Shown: positions 45,117-58,095 of the stretch, piece by piece
How the letters are laid out: every line of letters starts with the position of its first letter
How positions within the stretch are numbered: position 1 is the stretch's first letter
Source: Eledone cirrhosa
Lineage: Eukaryota
DNA: 64,000 bases
Direction of reading: 5' to 3'
Assembly (NCBI GenBank): GCA_964016885.1
Contig: OZ024746.1
Span: 86,924,001-86,988,000 of the forward strand
Position numbers and translations under genes: made by a program
The notes under the pieces: model-generated
Told to the model about the DNA's origin: nothing
The model's database searches: none
What the model saw: the letters and a program-made list of their open reading frames with translations, nothing else

Positions 45117-45861
45117 AATAAACGAAGCTAAATTTTAAACATTTGACTTATTTATTTTATTTTATTTTATATATATATATATACATACAAACATACATGC
45201 ATACACTCACACACATACTCACGCATACATACACGCATACACACACATATATGTATATATATAAAGAAGGAGAGAGAGAGAGAGAGAGAGAGAATGATTG
45301 ATTTACGTGAATAAAGTAAATGGTATAATTGTTTGTATTGAACAGCTGGTAGTGGCATTTACGCAGTTGATGTTGAACGAATCGAAAATAAGATCTTGGA
45401 AAACATTATATATGTTTAGGAAGCCGATTTCACATTTATAAGAATTCAATATTGTAATAAAATGAAACTGTAACAGAGAATATTGATAGAAGTTTGATAT
45501 TATCAGAAAACAATTCCTCTCAGTGAAATTTATGATGGGATTGTTTGTCAAAAATTCATAAGAGTGAAAATAATTATAAGCATGAAGGCTTACCACTAAA
45601 TAGGCACATTGTTGTTTATTTTATTATCTTTCTTATTGTATTTATTCAGCAATGATATTTTTAGTCGACGGTGCTCTCTCTCTTTTGAACATTGGATAGA
45701 ATGATTTGCGATATTTGATCCAGCTTCCTGCGATCTGATTTCAATTCCTACCAAGAATAAAACTTATTCCTTTCGTTCAACCTTAGTCCTAGAAATAAGT
45801 ACCTGTCCATTACTGACAGTGAAGTCAAATTTTCCTCACTATTACATCCTTACTTTCCTTA

Positions 45862-45864
<3 letters not shown>

Positions 45865-45945
<81 letters not shown>

Positions 45946-45973
45946 CACACACACACACACACACACGCGCTCG

Positions 45974-46023
<50 letters not shown>

Positions 46024-46040
46024 CCCACACACCCACATAC
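45865..46040. repeat. (CA)n microsatellite with (CG)n insert
   Basis: Directly visible. Confidence 0.95.
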
Positions 46041-47597
46041 TCGCTCCTTCTCTCTTCTCCTCTCTCTCTCGCTCTATCTGTATCTCAATCTCGATTACAA
46101 TGTAAATGGGCTATGACCTAACCAGTAGAATAATGTGCCCGCCAGATTTCAAATGCAACGACTGCGCTCTGACGAATCCATCAGTATTTAAGGCCTCATA
46201 ACCCATTCGCTGTCTATCTATGTTAAGAAACCTTTCTGCTACTGTTACGTCAGTTGTATTTCACTTGCTGGAGTTGTGGTTGTTTAACTTTAGAACGGGA
46301 GTGTACGAAATACAAATGCTGATGGCAGTCCTCAGTCTTCCGTTTACAAAAGCCATGAAGCTAAATATTAACAATTCTATTTTGATGACTGGGATGCGAG
46401 GAGCCCGTAATAGTAGTTATCCTGTTTGATACGATAACGGCTCGGCGCTAGTTGTTTTGTTACAGCTTAGGAATGCACAGGCGTCTTACTCATCTGATGA
46501 AGTTGAATTTTAAAGGACGATTCATGGTGTTTTGATCATAACAGAGCAACTCGTGTCATGTCACTTGAAAGTTACATGAGGTGTGACTTCAGAACACGGA
46601 TACATGAAAACCAACCAACATACGTTCTAGCAATTCTGACAATCACCCTTTCACCCTTAAAGAGGTACTTAGTTCGTCGACCCCGAAATGGGAAAAGAAA
46701 AACTGTCGACAGTGAAATTTAAGCTCACGAGGCAGAAACTCGAAAGAGAATACACAGTTCTGATAATAATACGAAATTTACAAATATGTTATAATTTTAG
46801 TTGAATGTCAATACTGATGAAAAATAACATTCTAGTCCTGAAGGTATTGTATTTATGTCAGGCGTAGGACACCATTACAGTTGTCATAACTTTTTCATGA
46901 ATTGATTGACACTTGGGTGTTGTTTCGAGGGAGACAAAGTTTAAGCCAAGTAAAATATTTTCGAGGATTGGTTTGTTGTAGATTTGAAAACTACCTGAGA
47001 ATTACCATTTTAATCTAACCGTGATTTATTGAGTTATTAGCTTCAATGCGATTAAAATTTGTTAGTGTACTGTTCTAACGAAACAACCATCGCCTGTCAT
47101 TCACTTAATTGCTCCTCGGCTATATGTTCAGCTTCTGGCTCGAAGACAAGCTATCTTTTTCCTTTTCCTATTTTTCTGATACTGCCATTGTTTCTAATCC
47201 TACATTTAATTTCATTTTATATCATTTGGTATTTTATATCATGCATGTAGATGGCTTTTATGCAGGGCTCCACTGACAGTTCTAATTCAGTCAGATTCTT
47301 TTATTGTCCTGATATGGATGACATTACTGTGTGATCTCTATTTCTTTAAGCATTGAGGTTTGGGAAAGATAACGGCTTTGCTTTTAATGTTAATTTAATA
47401 TCTTCAATAATTTAGGTATCATCATATGTAGCGCCAGGTTGTGCGGGAAATACATATCACTTGCTATATTGTTGAAACCACCACTGAAAACGTTTAGAAT
47501 GTCAGCCGTAAGGTACCCTTCACGGCTGTACTTTGGCTACATCAGAAGGAGTGATTTCAAGGACGGCAATGCATAACCGGCCCTGAGATATCTAAAT

Positions 47598-47786
47598 AAT
47601 TGTTTCTACTTTTGGCACAAGGCCAGCAATTATCCCAGTGCATTACTGGTACTTTATTTTATCGACCCTGTAATGATGAAAGGCAAAGTTAACCTCGGCT
47701 GGATTTGAACTCAGATCATATAGGGGCGTAACCCTATGCTGCAAAGCATGGCGTCCAACCCTCTACCGATACTGCCAATCCACCAC
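47598..47786 (-). mobile_element. tRNA-derived SINE (OR-type) flanked by ~135-bp direct repeats
   Basis: Reverse complement of the 6413 family. 47466-47600 is repeated at 47791-47926. Confidence 0.85.
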
Positions 47787-49214
47787 TTTTATATTTACTG
47801 AAGCCACCACTGAAAACGTTTAGAATGTCAGCCTTAAGGTCCCCATGATGGCTCTACTATGGCTACATCAGAAGGTGTTGTTTCAAGGACGGCCATGTAT
47901 AACCGGCCCTGAGATATCTAAATAATGCACATATGACACAAGAAATTATGAGATTCAGACATTCTTTGAAATCTACTATTGTAAAAGAGAAACCAATTTA
48001 ACAATTAATACAACGCTTTGATGTTTCACACAGACAACTATTTATGGTTTTCGATTTTCCAAAGATGTGTTAGATTAATTAAGTCATTGTGGTTCTGAAA
48101 GCCCCATCATATCTGTGATAAGAACAGGGCCTTTTCGACATCAGAATTGTGTTCCCTATTAAATCATGAACAAATTGTTACGATATTTAATTGTTTTATA
48201 TATTTGTATATGTGATATTACATCAGGCTATAAAGCGCAATGTATTAGAAAAAAGCTTCCTCGTATTTTTAATGTTGGTAATTCTTCAAAGAGTCTTTAT
48301 CTCTTTTACATCTAAATTAATAGATGTAGTAAAATCAGTAATTTGTTAGTAGTGGCTTTGTTCAATGAAATATATAAATGTATGATATCCGGACGAGATT
48401 CTCAACTTCCAAAGTTCGAAGAAGTTTTAAAAGCTTTCTTCTTTCTTCTTAGATGAGTTTCATGAGATTCGTTTGAGATTATAAACTCTCACCCAAAGAA
48501 AGTGAAGCTAATCAAATACACGAAAAGAAATAAAGAAAATAAAACATATTCTAGTTACAGATGACACAAAATTTGATATAAGAATATAAGAATATAAGAA
48601 TATATATATACATGGAAAAAATGAAACGAAATTTCCTTTCTCACTCTTAGTACGGCTGTTACTAAAATATAAGTATGTATACGTACATACATATATGTAT
48701 ACAGACGTACAGTAGTATGTATATTAAAATATATACATTCATGCACACATATATATATGTACGTATGGGTTTACCGAACATTTATTATAATTTTCGGTGC
48801 GCCCAGCCGTATAACTCACTCGATATGCAAATTAGGCTGCTCAGCCGTTAAAATGCATAATCAAAGTATATACTTTCAGACGTTTAATCATCTGGCAGGA
48901 AGGTACACGATGCTGACGATAGCTAATAAGCTTGAAACTAGTACATCGTTCCTTTGTCAGTGTTGAACAAAAGGGCAACGATGGTTGCAAAACACTGTAC
49001 GGCTTAATTCGGGCTATTTGTTTACAAACAAACCGAGCACTATAATAAATGTTCGGTAAAGCCATACGTACATATATATATATATATATATATATATGTG
49101 CATGTATGTATATATATACATACTACTGTACGTCTGTATACATATATGTATGTACGTATACATACTAATATATATATATATATGGGGGGGGGGGGGGGCA
49201 TGTATATATATATG

Positions 49215-49540
<326 letters not shown>

Positions 49541-49614
49541 TTGCGAAAGACATCAAACTCATGAATGTTATAAATTGTCCATGACCCCGGGCCGTATGAA
49601 GGTGACATCCCATA

Positions 49615-50410
49615 GACCATAATGTAGTTTGCCTAAGGCCTCGGATTCTATGGAGACGTGATTGACGATCTCATTATCCAGGCATGCCGGCCTGTTGACC
49701 TTGCTCTTAAGGTAATTAAAGGAGTTCACATATTTCAGATCCTTGCCATCAACAGCCATGGGAACATAGGGATGCCCCTGCCTTGACTCTCCCTGCTTAA
49801 TATTTTCTCTTGTCTGTCGTCGTGGGTATTAATGTATCACCACAGGATTTTTCATGTTGATTGGTCAACCCAAAGTCTTACAGGGAAGCAAGAAGCGGTT
49901 CATCAATTATTTTGCCTCTTGTTGCAGCAAATGCAGCAGCATCAGCAAACATTAATTCACGTACAATATTTTTATATGTAAGTTCTCTAGCCTTAAAGCA
50001 CCGAAGGTGGAATAACCCGTCTGATGTACGGAATTCAATTCTGGAACCAATTTTTAAGATGTTGAATACATAATGGAACCTTATAGAAAAGAAGAATACG
50101 AGGAGAATAGGAGCCAAGGCAAAACCCTGCTACGTACCTTGTATGACACCAAACTGTTCAGAACATTCTCAATTTGACATATTCATGCCATCATGAAAAG
50201 ACATTCAGCATACGGTCAGATATGCCAAGCTTTCTGAGGATTTTCCGAGGAGCTTTACGGTGGACAGTATCAAAGCCTTTGAACATGGCAACAAATATAA
50301 AATACAAAAAACAGCTGAATCTTTTTACGAAACTTCTCTGCAACCAGGTGAGAGGATAATACCATGTAAATTGGATCACGACATGTGCGGCAAGCCACAG
50401 TTATTTTCAT
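49615..50410 (-). mobile_element. RTE-clade (BovB-like) LINE RT fragment
   Basis: FDTVHRKA..KILRKLGI, GFALAPILL, IEFRTSDGLFHLRCFKA, VRELMFADAAAFAA, VDGKDLKYVNSFNYL..LDNEI. Confidence 0.8.
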
Positions 50411-52497
50411 AGTAGATACCATCAACATATATAAGCAACGCATTGCCATCATGTAACAATACGCACCAAAGAATAGCTTTTGGGCTGCCTATCAAAAGCC
50501 TCTGGATTGTATTCACACTTCATGGCAATCACGACGGTTTTGAAATCATTGTAATAAACAAAATCAATCATCATCTATACTGAGGATATGAAATCATTCT
50601 CTCGATGCCTATAAAACGGACATGGTTCACATTACAAGTTGAGCCTTTTCTTTTAAACGTGGTCCAAGCAGCTTGGAGCGCGTTCTTTGATAAATATAGA
50701 CCACTAGCTAAATCTCTATGTGTAAAAAAGGATTGGCAGAGCCTCCTGTCCCCCACCGTTCTTGTCTTCCAGATTACCATACTCCACCTCCTTATTCTCA
50801 TCATTACTATCCTCAATAAAGGAGGTGGACACTGTTAGCGGTCACTGATCACACACATTCATGCGAAAGTTAGATAAGCTTTCTTCACACAATCTATGGT
50901 TTTATTTCGCTGCCTGTGTCATGTGCGACATCCATAAATACAGCAGATGACATCAGGGCTGTCTTACATTTTATCCTCTCATAACATGCCATATTTCTGA
51001 AATACAAATAATCAGCTGTCCCCTTGGAAAAGCATTCTCAGTACTGTTTTAAAGTAAGCAAACGCAGGTTTGTGATTGCAACGTTTCATAAAAAGCATAC
51101 ATAACATGAAGTTCCTTCTGTGCCTATGTGCCTTAAACATTATTACTTCAAATGTGCATTCAAAATACCGAATATTAAAAGAAATACGTATAAGTTCAAC
51201 AAATAAAGTCTCGCCGGATTTGCAATGACAGTCACACAAAATCAAGAAGAGCGTGGGCATATCTGCTGACGAATCCAGTAAATTCCAGAAATATGAGACA
51301 AGTATGATGCCAAGGACGACACAGATGTATTGTGTATGAACATCTAATTATATAAAGGACATTTCTGACATCATCATGACATTTAAAAATTGATAGATCG
51401 AAAATAGTGAAAGTTATTCAAGTCTGATGCTTTCTATTTATTGAAGATACCATCAACATGAATTTGATTTCCCATTTGTAGTTCGCATTTTCTTTAAATG
51501 ACATTTGAAAACTAAGTTTTCAAAGTTATATCAAGCTCCATGAAGCCAAATCAATCTTTAGAAATGTTGACAATACGAGACATGTTGAAAATGGATATTT
51601 AAGTTTGTGAATAAAATGTTGGGGCGTAAGAACTCACTAGTATACAAATGTGCTGTTTGCTAGATCCAGAAAAAGAGTCAAGATCCGATCACAGACACAT
51701 TCTGGGAATGATATTAGGGATACATCAACGTCAGATTTAAGGATAAATATAACACTAGATTAAAGGTAGTCTTCATTACATTTTCCAGATTGGAGGACTG
51801 AGTACTATTCTCCTGTTCCTTAAATTTAAAATGTTCCGTAGCCTCGGGTTTCCTTTAGGGCGCAAATATCGATATGAAATATCTGGTGTTTTATTGCAAA
51901 TGTGAGCTGGTATTCGTTTCAGATTTGAACTGCTAATACGGAGAGTTCTCACAATCCAGGAACTAAGCACGAAGTGTTTGTTTTGTTTTGACCGCATATT
52001 TGCATAATTAGACAGCCGCGGTTGATTGACAAGTTAAAAGATTAAGCAAGAATTTGTTTAGAGATCCTTTATATTATCACGTCCCTGTGTGGGCACAACA
52101 TTACTATGTACAAAAAGACCTGCTTTGTCAACATTGGAGGACGTGAACAGCACAAAATGCTCAATGAGATGCATGAGTGTCGCCAGTGTGTGGAGTCGAA
52201 GCTAAGGGTTTCTTCTAATACTGTTTACTTGTCTCCGTCAGTTCTGCTCTCTCGCCAGCGTGGATTTGTGTTACTGGTAGGATATTAAATATACTGAACT
52301 AGTATAACGTTTGGGTTTCTCACACAAATGGATTCTTTATCGTTGTAAAGGCGTGTATTAGGGCCAGACACATTTTCGGAGTGTTGATAACAAAGGATAG
52401 GTGCAACAATTTGCCATAAACCCAGTGAACATCATGCCTATAGCATTGGATGGCCGTTCACATTTAAGTGTTCCTCATCATTTTTTAACATGACCTG

Positions 52498-52531
<34 letters not shown>

Positions 52532-52813
52532 TTTGTCCTACATCATCTTGTTTTTTTGTGTGTAGAACAGAACAATGGTGAGACACAAAATAAAAGCCCA
52601 TTGCAGAGAAGGTTACATAATGAGTGACGAAAGATATAAACAACCATCCTGTTATCGAACCAACCAGGCAACCGGAAGTTTATAACAAATTGAAGTGAAA
52701 ACCAACATGTGCGTGTATTTGTATTAGCAGCATGACTCTCTCAAAGTATAGTAATATCTGTTTCAACACAGGTTCTCAGATGAGAAATCTTGCAGAACAA
52801 ATTTAAAAACGAT

Positions 52814-52859
<46 letters not shown>

Positions 52860-52976
52860 TAATAAGAGGAATTCCAACTTTGTCTGATTTACTCGTTTTA
52901 TTTACAATCCTTTAAAATATATATAATGGTATTATAATGAAATAGTATGATAGAATATTAAATTCTAAGTGTTAAT

Positions 52977-53015
52977 TGAACAAGTACTTTCATGCTTTCG
53001 CAATCTTCAGGTTCA
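52977..53015 (-). ncRNA. Minimal type I hammerhead ribozyme (minus-strand twin)
   Basis: Exact reverse complement of 54233-54271. Confidence 0.8.
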
Positions 53016-53472
53016 TGATATGTGGTGACAGTCGAGTTTGCAATTTTCAACTGTAATGAGATGGGTAAATTTCCTACCTTTTATACATAGAAAAGTGGCT
53101 CCAGAATGCAAAGCCCTGTAAACTGTATTTCGACCAATCAGTGTGTAGTTTCACTGAATTACTACAGCTGATTGGTTTAAGCGTCACGGCTGGTTGAGCA
53201 TGCTAACGACCAATAGTCATATCCAACGTATCAATTGTTTTGCTTTTTTGAAATGATGAAAATAGCATTTTCTATTAATCATCACCATCAACATCACTTT
53301 TATTAATTATTATTATTATTATTATTATTATTGTTGTTATCGTTGTTGTTATTGTTGTTATTGTTATTGTTGTTGTTATTGTTGTTATTGTTGTTATTGT
53401 TATTATTGTTATTATTGTTGTTATTGGTGTTATTGGTGTTGTTGGTGTTGTTGGTGTTGTTGGTGTTGTTGG

Positions 53473-53503
<31 letters not shown>

Positions 53504-54232
53504 GGTGGTGGTAGAAGTAATACCCCGAGGCGTTATTATTGTTCATTTAGCTTGGGTTTGAATTTATCAATAAAATTCTTTTCTTTGATTTTTCTCTTGA
53601 TTTCACTTGGGCTGTGTAATTTGTAGAATGGGAATATTATAAATATTCCCTGTTGACGGGTACACCGTCAACAAATCAGAGACCCAGATATCCGTCAGAT
53701 ACCCCTAAGCGGCCACCTGGCAACATGTGGCCAGGGAATATTTATAATATTCCCATTCTACAAATTACACAGCCCAAGTGAAATCAAGAGAAAAATCAAA
53801 GAAAAGAATTTTATTGATAAATTTAAACCCAAGCTAAATGAACAATAATAACGCCTAGGGGTATTACTTCTACTACCACTATGACCACGACCACTAACAA
53901 CAGCAACAACAACAACAACAACAATAATAATAATAATAAAAGTGATGTTGATGGTGATGATTAATAGAAAATGCTATTTTCATCATTTCAAAAAAGCAAA
54001 ACAATTGATACGTTGGATATGACTATTGGTCGTTAGCATGCTCAACCAGCCGTGACGCTTAAACCAATCAGCTGTAGTAATTCAGTAAAACTACACACTG
54101 ATTGGTCGAAATACAGTTTACAGGGCTTTGCATTCTGGAGCCACTTTTCTCTGTATAAAATGTATAAAAGGTAGGAAATTTACCCATCTCATTACAGTTG
54201 AAAATTGCAAACTCGACTGTCACCACATATCA

Positions 54233-54271
54233 TGAACCTGAAGATTGCGAAAGCATGAAAGTACTTGTTCA
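54233..54271 (+). ncRNA. Minimal type I hammerhead ribozyme
   Basis: TGAAC-CTGAAGA-TTGC-GAAA-GCAT-GAAA-GTAC-TT-GTTCA. GNRA-capped stem II, palindromic stem III AGTACT, CUU triplet, predicted cleavage after 54266. Confidence 0.8.
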
Positions 54272-54455
54272 ATTAACACTTAGAATTTAATATTCTATCA
54301 TACTATTTCATTATAATACCATTATATATATTTTAAAGGATTGTAAATAAAACGAGTAAATCAGACAAAGTTGGAATTCCTCTTATTAATATAATCTTCT
54401 ATACACAATCATACACACCCGTGTATATTTACCTATCTATATCTATATCTATCTA

Positions 54456-54495
<40 letters not shown>

Positions 54496-54496
54496 A

Positions 54497-57400
54497 CTGG
54501 TGTTGGATGCTTAAGCCGTCCTGGATCGAGGGGAGGAGTTGCTGTGCTTTTTCGGAGAGGTTCCGATCTCGCCATACGGGCCATCTTCCTGGACCCAGAA
54601 GGTAAGTGGTGGTGCTAGCCGTGACCAGCGGAGACGGGCAAGCTTTCAGGCTAGTGGCCGTCTATGCCCCTACAGGAGCAGGGCGGCCTGATTTCTTCCG
54701 GCGTCTGGAGACCTTTCTTGGAACGTCCCGCTCTTTAGTGTTAGTGGGCGACTGGAAGGGATCTTAGATGCACGCTGGGACTGTGAGGGTTTAGCGGATA
54801 GGGGAGGAGGGTGCAAGAGCCTCACCAACCTGCTCAGGCGTTTTGAACTGTGTGACAGGTACCGAATGGAATTTCCCGAATGTGCCAATGTGGACTTGGA
54901 CAAATCGCATAGGGTCATCCAGATCATATCTAGATAGAGTATTTTGTAGGTAAATAGACAGGTCTAGCATAGGCTGTCCACAATTCAAGATAGTCAGCTA
55001 CACGGACCACAAATTCGTGATCTGTGTGCTTGACTTAGATAGGCTTCATAGACGAGAACCCGGTTGCTGGAAGCTAAACGCGTCCTTACCAGCGCGCAAG
55101 GCCTACAGAGATCGGATTAGCGAACTAGTTAAGCGGGCGTTGACGGGGGCCATCGTCAACAACAAGTGGTGGTTTGCTCTGAAAAGAGCGATTAGAATAG
55201 AGTTCATTAGGTTTAGTAAGGCTTTAGCAATAGAGAAAAATAGAGCAGAGGGAGAACTAGTTAAAAAATTAGACCAGGCGCTTAGCAAAGGCATCGCGAC
55301 CGACGTACTTGCGGCGAAATTGGCCCTTGAATAATTCTTCAATGCAAAGCACGAAGGCTGCGTTGTCAGAGCTAGGGTGCGTGCTCTCAGAGACGAGGGG
55401 ACGAAAGCCGTTCAATGGGCCCGAGTGGCGGAGGCGCGTCGTGGCAGCAAAGCCAGGATCCGGTCTTTGGTGGACCACGACGGGCGCATGCGACTCGATC
55501 CCGGGTAAATGTGTGAAGCTTTTCAGCAACGTTTCGCACAGCTATGCGGGGACAGCGGCGGACCGGATCGAGGTATGGACTTTAGTGTCTACCTCGACGG
55601 ACTGCCGCGGCTCTCGGCCACTGAGGCGGAGTGTTGTGAAAAGCTGATAACGGCCGTTGAAGTACCGGAGACAATGACTGGCTGCACAAGGGGTAAATCG
55701 CCTGGTTTGGATGGTCTGCCCTATGAACTTTACGTACAGATGCCAGACTTGTTCGGAGGCCTCTTGGCGGACGTCTACTGCAACTGGCAACAGAACGGGA
55801 GAATTCCCAGCTCTGTGAGCCGAGGAGCTGTGGGGCTGCTGAGAAAGGATCCGAACAAGGGGGATAACAGATAATTTTAGGTCCATAACTCTGCTAAACA
55901 CAGAGTTCAAGATTTTGGCCAAGGTGCTAGCAAAGAGGTTGGCGCTTGTCGTTAGTGGTCTGGTGGGAGAGGCGCAGATATGCGCCATTCCCAACAGATC
56001 AATCCACGACAACCTCCACCTCATGCGATACATCGTAGAGAGGGTAGCTAGGGAATCTGGCACGGGTGGGTCCTTGATCAATTTAGATCAGTCGAAAGCT
56101 TTCGATAGGGTCGACCATCGATACCTAGCGGCAGTCCTGAGGGCGGCTGTCTTTGGGCCCGTCTTCAGAGGCTGGATCGTTGCCATGCACAGCGACATCT
56201 GCTCTGTGGTGAGAGTGAACGGTCACCTTTCGGAACCGTTCAACATCATGCGCTTGGTCCGCCAAGGATGTCCCCTCTCGTCCCTCTTCTACGTATTGAC
56301 TCTCGAGCCATTACTGCACAAACTGGAGACGTTGAGGGGGTCCCGCGCGAACTAGGATGCGGAAGATCCGTGTCAGCCTATGCGGACGATGTCACCGTAG
56401 TGGTGTCGAACGCCAAACACATCGAGGCGATCAGCACTACACTAAGAGAATACGACGCGGTGACAGGAGCAATGATCAACCAGGAAAAGTCAGTGGGCCC
56501 GCAGCTCGGCACCTGGAGAGGCAGGTCCATGCCGTCCAACAGCATCGTCGGCGCTGGACGGACAGACCGGTTAAATTGCTAGGGGGTCTGGTTCGGTCCG
56601 GACCTCCAGACGGAGAAAAACTGGGACCAGGTGACGAGCAGGGTGGCTTCTCTCACCCAGAAATTGGCGGAGAGGAAGCTATCCCTGAAAGGTCGAGTGG
56701 AGGTGGCTAACGCGTACATCGCGTCCGTCATCTACTACCGCCTGACCGTCGTACCTTGTCCTAAGCCCCGCCTGACTGCGCTGGAGCCTTTGCTTTTTCG
56801 CTTTTTGTGGAAGGGACGCGCTCCGATGGTCAGGCGATCCATCTGCTGTCAACACCCGCTACGTGGAGGGCTGGGCATGCCGTGGCTGATGATGTGCAGA
56901 CACGCGCTCAGGCTACGACATCACCACCTCTTCCTCGACGGTGATCAGGTGTGGTCGCCGTTTGCTAGACGCGTCTTTCCCCAGCTCGTCTCCTTGACGG
57001 AGCTGCAGTCCTGGGTCAAGCGAATACCGAGAGGCAGCGCTTGGAGACTGGAATGTCTTCAGGCGCTCACAGCCCTCGACCAATCGGGCAATGTGATCGG
57101 TGGAAACTCCACCTTGGCGTTCTATAGAGGATTACTGGAGGGGAAGAGCGACGACGTACTTGGGGAGACCCTAGACGTCGACGAAAATCAACTAGCCAAT
57201 CTCTTCGGAAGAACTTTCGGCCCGGGGCCTATGGACAACTTCCAGAAATCCCTGGCCTGGCAGTGCTACCGAGGAGCTTTGCCAGTTCGGGATAAACTCT
57301 ACAGGCATGGAGGTGCCGTCAGCCGGGCATGTCGGAGATGCGCGCAGGCCAACGGAACCGTCCTGCACGCACCCGTCCAGTGTCCGAGCATTGCTGACTT

Positions 57401-57992
57401 GTGGGCTTATGTCGAACACCTGCTGTCGCGTGTAGGATGGATCCAGCTATCAGCTGAGTCCATCGTGAGGATTTCCCCGCCCTCTTCCTTTAGCCGGGAA
57501 GGGCAGGCCGTTTTTATCTGTCTGGTGGCCATGGCGAAAGAGATTGTATGGTGGACACGTTTGAAAGGGCTGAAGACGAGCACTTACCACTTCGGTGATG
57601 CCCTGATTAACTTTTTCAAATTTCATTTGAAAAGGAAAATCAGGGTAGAGAGGGAAGTGCTCTCTTCCCAGCATTTTGTTGAAAGATGGGTGAGAGAGGC
57701 AAGAATGGCCCGAGTGAATGGGCCTACTCTGAGTATGTGTCTGTAAATTAAAGGTGAAAAACTGGGAGAGGGCACTTGCCCTGGTGGTCAGGGTCACTGT
57801 GGCTTTTTAATGGGCTTTCTCCACGAATGTCCCTCGGAAGTCTCCCCCCTATTGGGGAATTTTTTCATTGTTCTATTATTATATCCTCTGTTTCTTGTTT
57901 TTTTTTTTTTTACACGCAGAAGCCCTTTTGAACCGTCCTCTACGGTCCTTAATGTCTACTTTGTGTAAACTCTTGTGGTTAATAAAGAAAGC
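54497..57992 (+). mobile_element. Tx1/L1-clade LINE, 5'-truncated ORF2 (APE endonuclease, RT, zf-RVT) disrupted by frameshifts and stops
   Basis: SRGGVAVLF, VAVYAP, SYLDRVF, SYTDHK, WKLNASL, GKSPGLDGLPYELY, NFRSITLLNTEFKILAK, LDQSKAFDRVDH, VRQGCPLS, AYADDVT, GGLG, C..C....TVLH....C. AATAAA at 57981, then an (ATT)n tail. Confidence 0.95.
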
Positions 57993-58012
57993 ATTATTAT
58001 TATTATTATTAT

Positions 58013-58095
58013 TGGGTAATTACTGGGTAATTACTGGGTAATTGCTGGCCTTGTGTCTACAGTAGAAACAATTATTATTATTATTATTATTATTA
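58013..58095 (+). mobile_element. 5'-truncated SINE 3' end inserted in the LINE (ATT)n tail
   Basis: (tgggtaattac)x2-tgggtaattgctggccttgtg...gtagaaac(aat)n. Confidence 0.75.

Larger units (their letters stand above)
44079..45144. mobile_element. Non-coding fold-back element: 330-bp inverted arms, 406-bp spacer, hammerhead in each arm
   Basis: 44079-44408 is the reverse complement of 44815-45144 with only a few substitutions. (AAAAT)n and (TATTT)n lie outside. Confidence 0.9.
52855..54393. mobile_element. 1.5-kb non-coding fold-back element with a hammerhead in each arm
   Basis: 52855-53652 is the reverse complement of 53732-54393, near-identical except for the length of an internal (TTG/TTA)n tract. 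79-bp GC-richer loop. Confidence 0.92.

Noticed and set aside
54497-57746. Intact active LINE or domesticated gene
   Set aside because: 5'-truncated, with multiple frameshifts and in-frame stops across ORF2.
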